Of a stretch of 64,000 nucleotides of DNA, positions 62,925 to 64,000 are shown one piece after another; position 1 is the stretch's first letter, and every line of letters begins with the position of its first letter. The stretch is from the human T2T-CHM13v2.0 reference genome, Homo sapiens. The notes under the pieces were generated by a model, which was not told the origin of the DNA, ran no database searches, and saw only the letters and a program-made list of their open reading frames with translations. Made by a program: the position numbers and the translations under genes. The stretch lies in assembly GCA_009914755.4 (NCBI GenBank), contig CP068257.2:2400001-2464000 (forward strand). Direction: 5' to 3'.

Positions 62925-63350
62925 TATTTTATTAGGTGGTTTTCTTACTGTACAGTTTTAAGAGTTTTTGGAATGTTTTGCGTAACAGTCTCTTTATCAG
63001 ATGTGAGTTTAGTTTTTGGAATGTTTTGTGAAACAGTCTCTTTATCAGATGTGAGTTTTAACAGTTTTTGGAGTGCTTTGTATAACAGCCACTTTATCAG
63101 ATGCGAGTTTTAAGAGTATTCGGAATCTTTTGCCTAACAGTCTCTTTATCAGATGTGAGTTTTAAGAGTTTTTGGAATGTTTTGCAAAACAGTCTCTTTA
63201 TCGGATGTCAGTTTTAAGGGTTATTGGAGTGTTTTGTGTAAAGTCTCTTTATCAGATGTGAGTTTTAAGAGTTATTGAAGTGTTTTGAGTAACAGTCTCT
63301 TTATCAAATGTGAGTTTTAAGAGTTTCTGGAGTGTTGCATAACAGTCTTT
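62925..63350. repeat. ~57-bp minisatellite (~8 copies) derived from an L1 3'-region motif, unit ttttggaatgttttg(c/t)(g/a)taacagtctctttatcagatgtgagttttaagag
   Basis: Direct reading of the units. The core ctctttatcagatgtgagtttt resembles the L1 3'-end sequence (..tttgtcagatg..tagtttgcaaatatttt..). Confidence 0.85.
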
Positions 63351-63524
63351 CTTTTTTTTTTTTAACACTGATATACATATTTTAATCTCCATCTTAGCCC
63401 AATATCAGTATGTGTCCAAATTGATCATGACTTTACTATATCATGCTTTTTACTGTCTCAGCTTGGCTATCAGTACACTCAGAGTTCTTTTTTTTAATTG
63501 AGGAATATATATTTATTAATTAAT

Positions 63525-64000
63525 TTATTATTATACTTTAAGTTATAGGGTACATGTGAACAATGTGCAGGTTAGTTACATATGTATACATGTGCCATGC
63601 TGGTGTGCTGCACCCATTAACTCGTCATTTAGCATTAGGTATATCTCCTAATGCTATCTCTCCCCTCTCCCTGCACCCCATAACTGTCCCCAGAGTGTGA
63701 TGTTCCTCTTCCTGTGTCCATGTGTAATCATTTTTCAACTCCCAACTATGAGTGAGAACATGCAGTGTTTGGTTTTTTGTCCTTGTGATAGTTTGCTGAG
63801 AATGATGGATTCCAGTTTCATCCATGTCCCTACAAAGGACATGAACTCATCATTTTTCATGGCTGCATAGTATTCCATGGTGTATATGTGCCACATTTGC
63901 TTAATCCAGTCTATCATTGTTGGACATTTGGGTTGGTTCCAAGTCTTTGCTATTATGAATAGAGCCGCAATAAACATACGTGTTCATGTGTCTTTATAGC
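63525..64000 (-). mobile_element. L1 3' end (ORF2 C-terminus and 3' UTR), minus orientation, running off the window edge
   Basis: The minus ORF at 63735-63977 translates to MFIAALFIIAKTWNQPKCPTMIDWIKQMWHIYTMEYYAAMKNDEFMSFVGTWMKLE.., a canonical L1 ORF2 C-terminus. Confidence 0.9.

Overview
This 64-kb window is primate, almost certainly human, nuclear DNA. It has Alu SINEs every 1-2 kb, L1 fragments, MaLR/THE1-type LTRs, spliceosomal GT/AG introns and a KRAB-C2H2 zinc-finger gene structure. CRISPR, operons and bacterial promoters do not apply. I found no tRNA or rRNA genes.

The only protein-coding-like structure is a + strand KRAB-zinc-finger locus:
- a KRAB A-box exon at 3555-3670;
- a KRAB B-box exon at 3914-4006;
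- a roughly 2-kb zinc-finger exon at 5944-7942 with about 17 C2H2 fingers.

It carries at least seven disabling lesions (frameshifts, nonsense codons and a 7-bp duplication) plus a frame-incompatible A-box exon. I call it an unprocessed KRAB-ZNF pseudogene, or at minimum non-functional in this assembly.

The rest of the window is repeat landscape typical of a ZNF cluster:
- a 48-bp tandem array at the 5' edge, belonging to a roughly 3-kb block that is duplicated 12 kb downstream;
- about 45 Alu copies, several nested inside other elements with visible target-site duplications;
- an old L1 body (about 43.3-48.1 kb, ORF1 into ORF2), interrupted near 46.3-46.8 kb and rearranged at 47.04-47.13 kb, plus two L1 3' ends;
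- a roughly 6-kb gamma-like ERV provirus remnant at 48.4-54.4 kb with a gag CCHC knuckle, integrase and env-TM remnants, most of pol deleted, and a truncated 5' LTR;
- two inverted solo LTRs of one family, each with its own 6-bp target-site duplication;
- two copies of a MITE-like DNA transposon with terminal inverted repeats.

There is also a roughly 650-bp CpG island at 54.85-55.5 kb with GC boxes, a perfect CRE palindrome, a YY1-like core and strong splice donors. It is most likely the promoter and first exon of a neighbouring gene whose coding exons are not in the window.

Several minisatellites are present: a 27-bp VNTR inside an Alu, an L1-derived 57-bp array, and 39-bp and 75-bp arrays. 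I did not find an undescribed biological system; the window looks like ordinary repeat-rich ZNF-cluster DNA. All coordinates were read by eye and are approximate to within about 5 bp.
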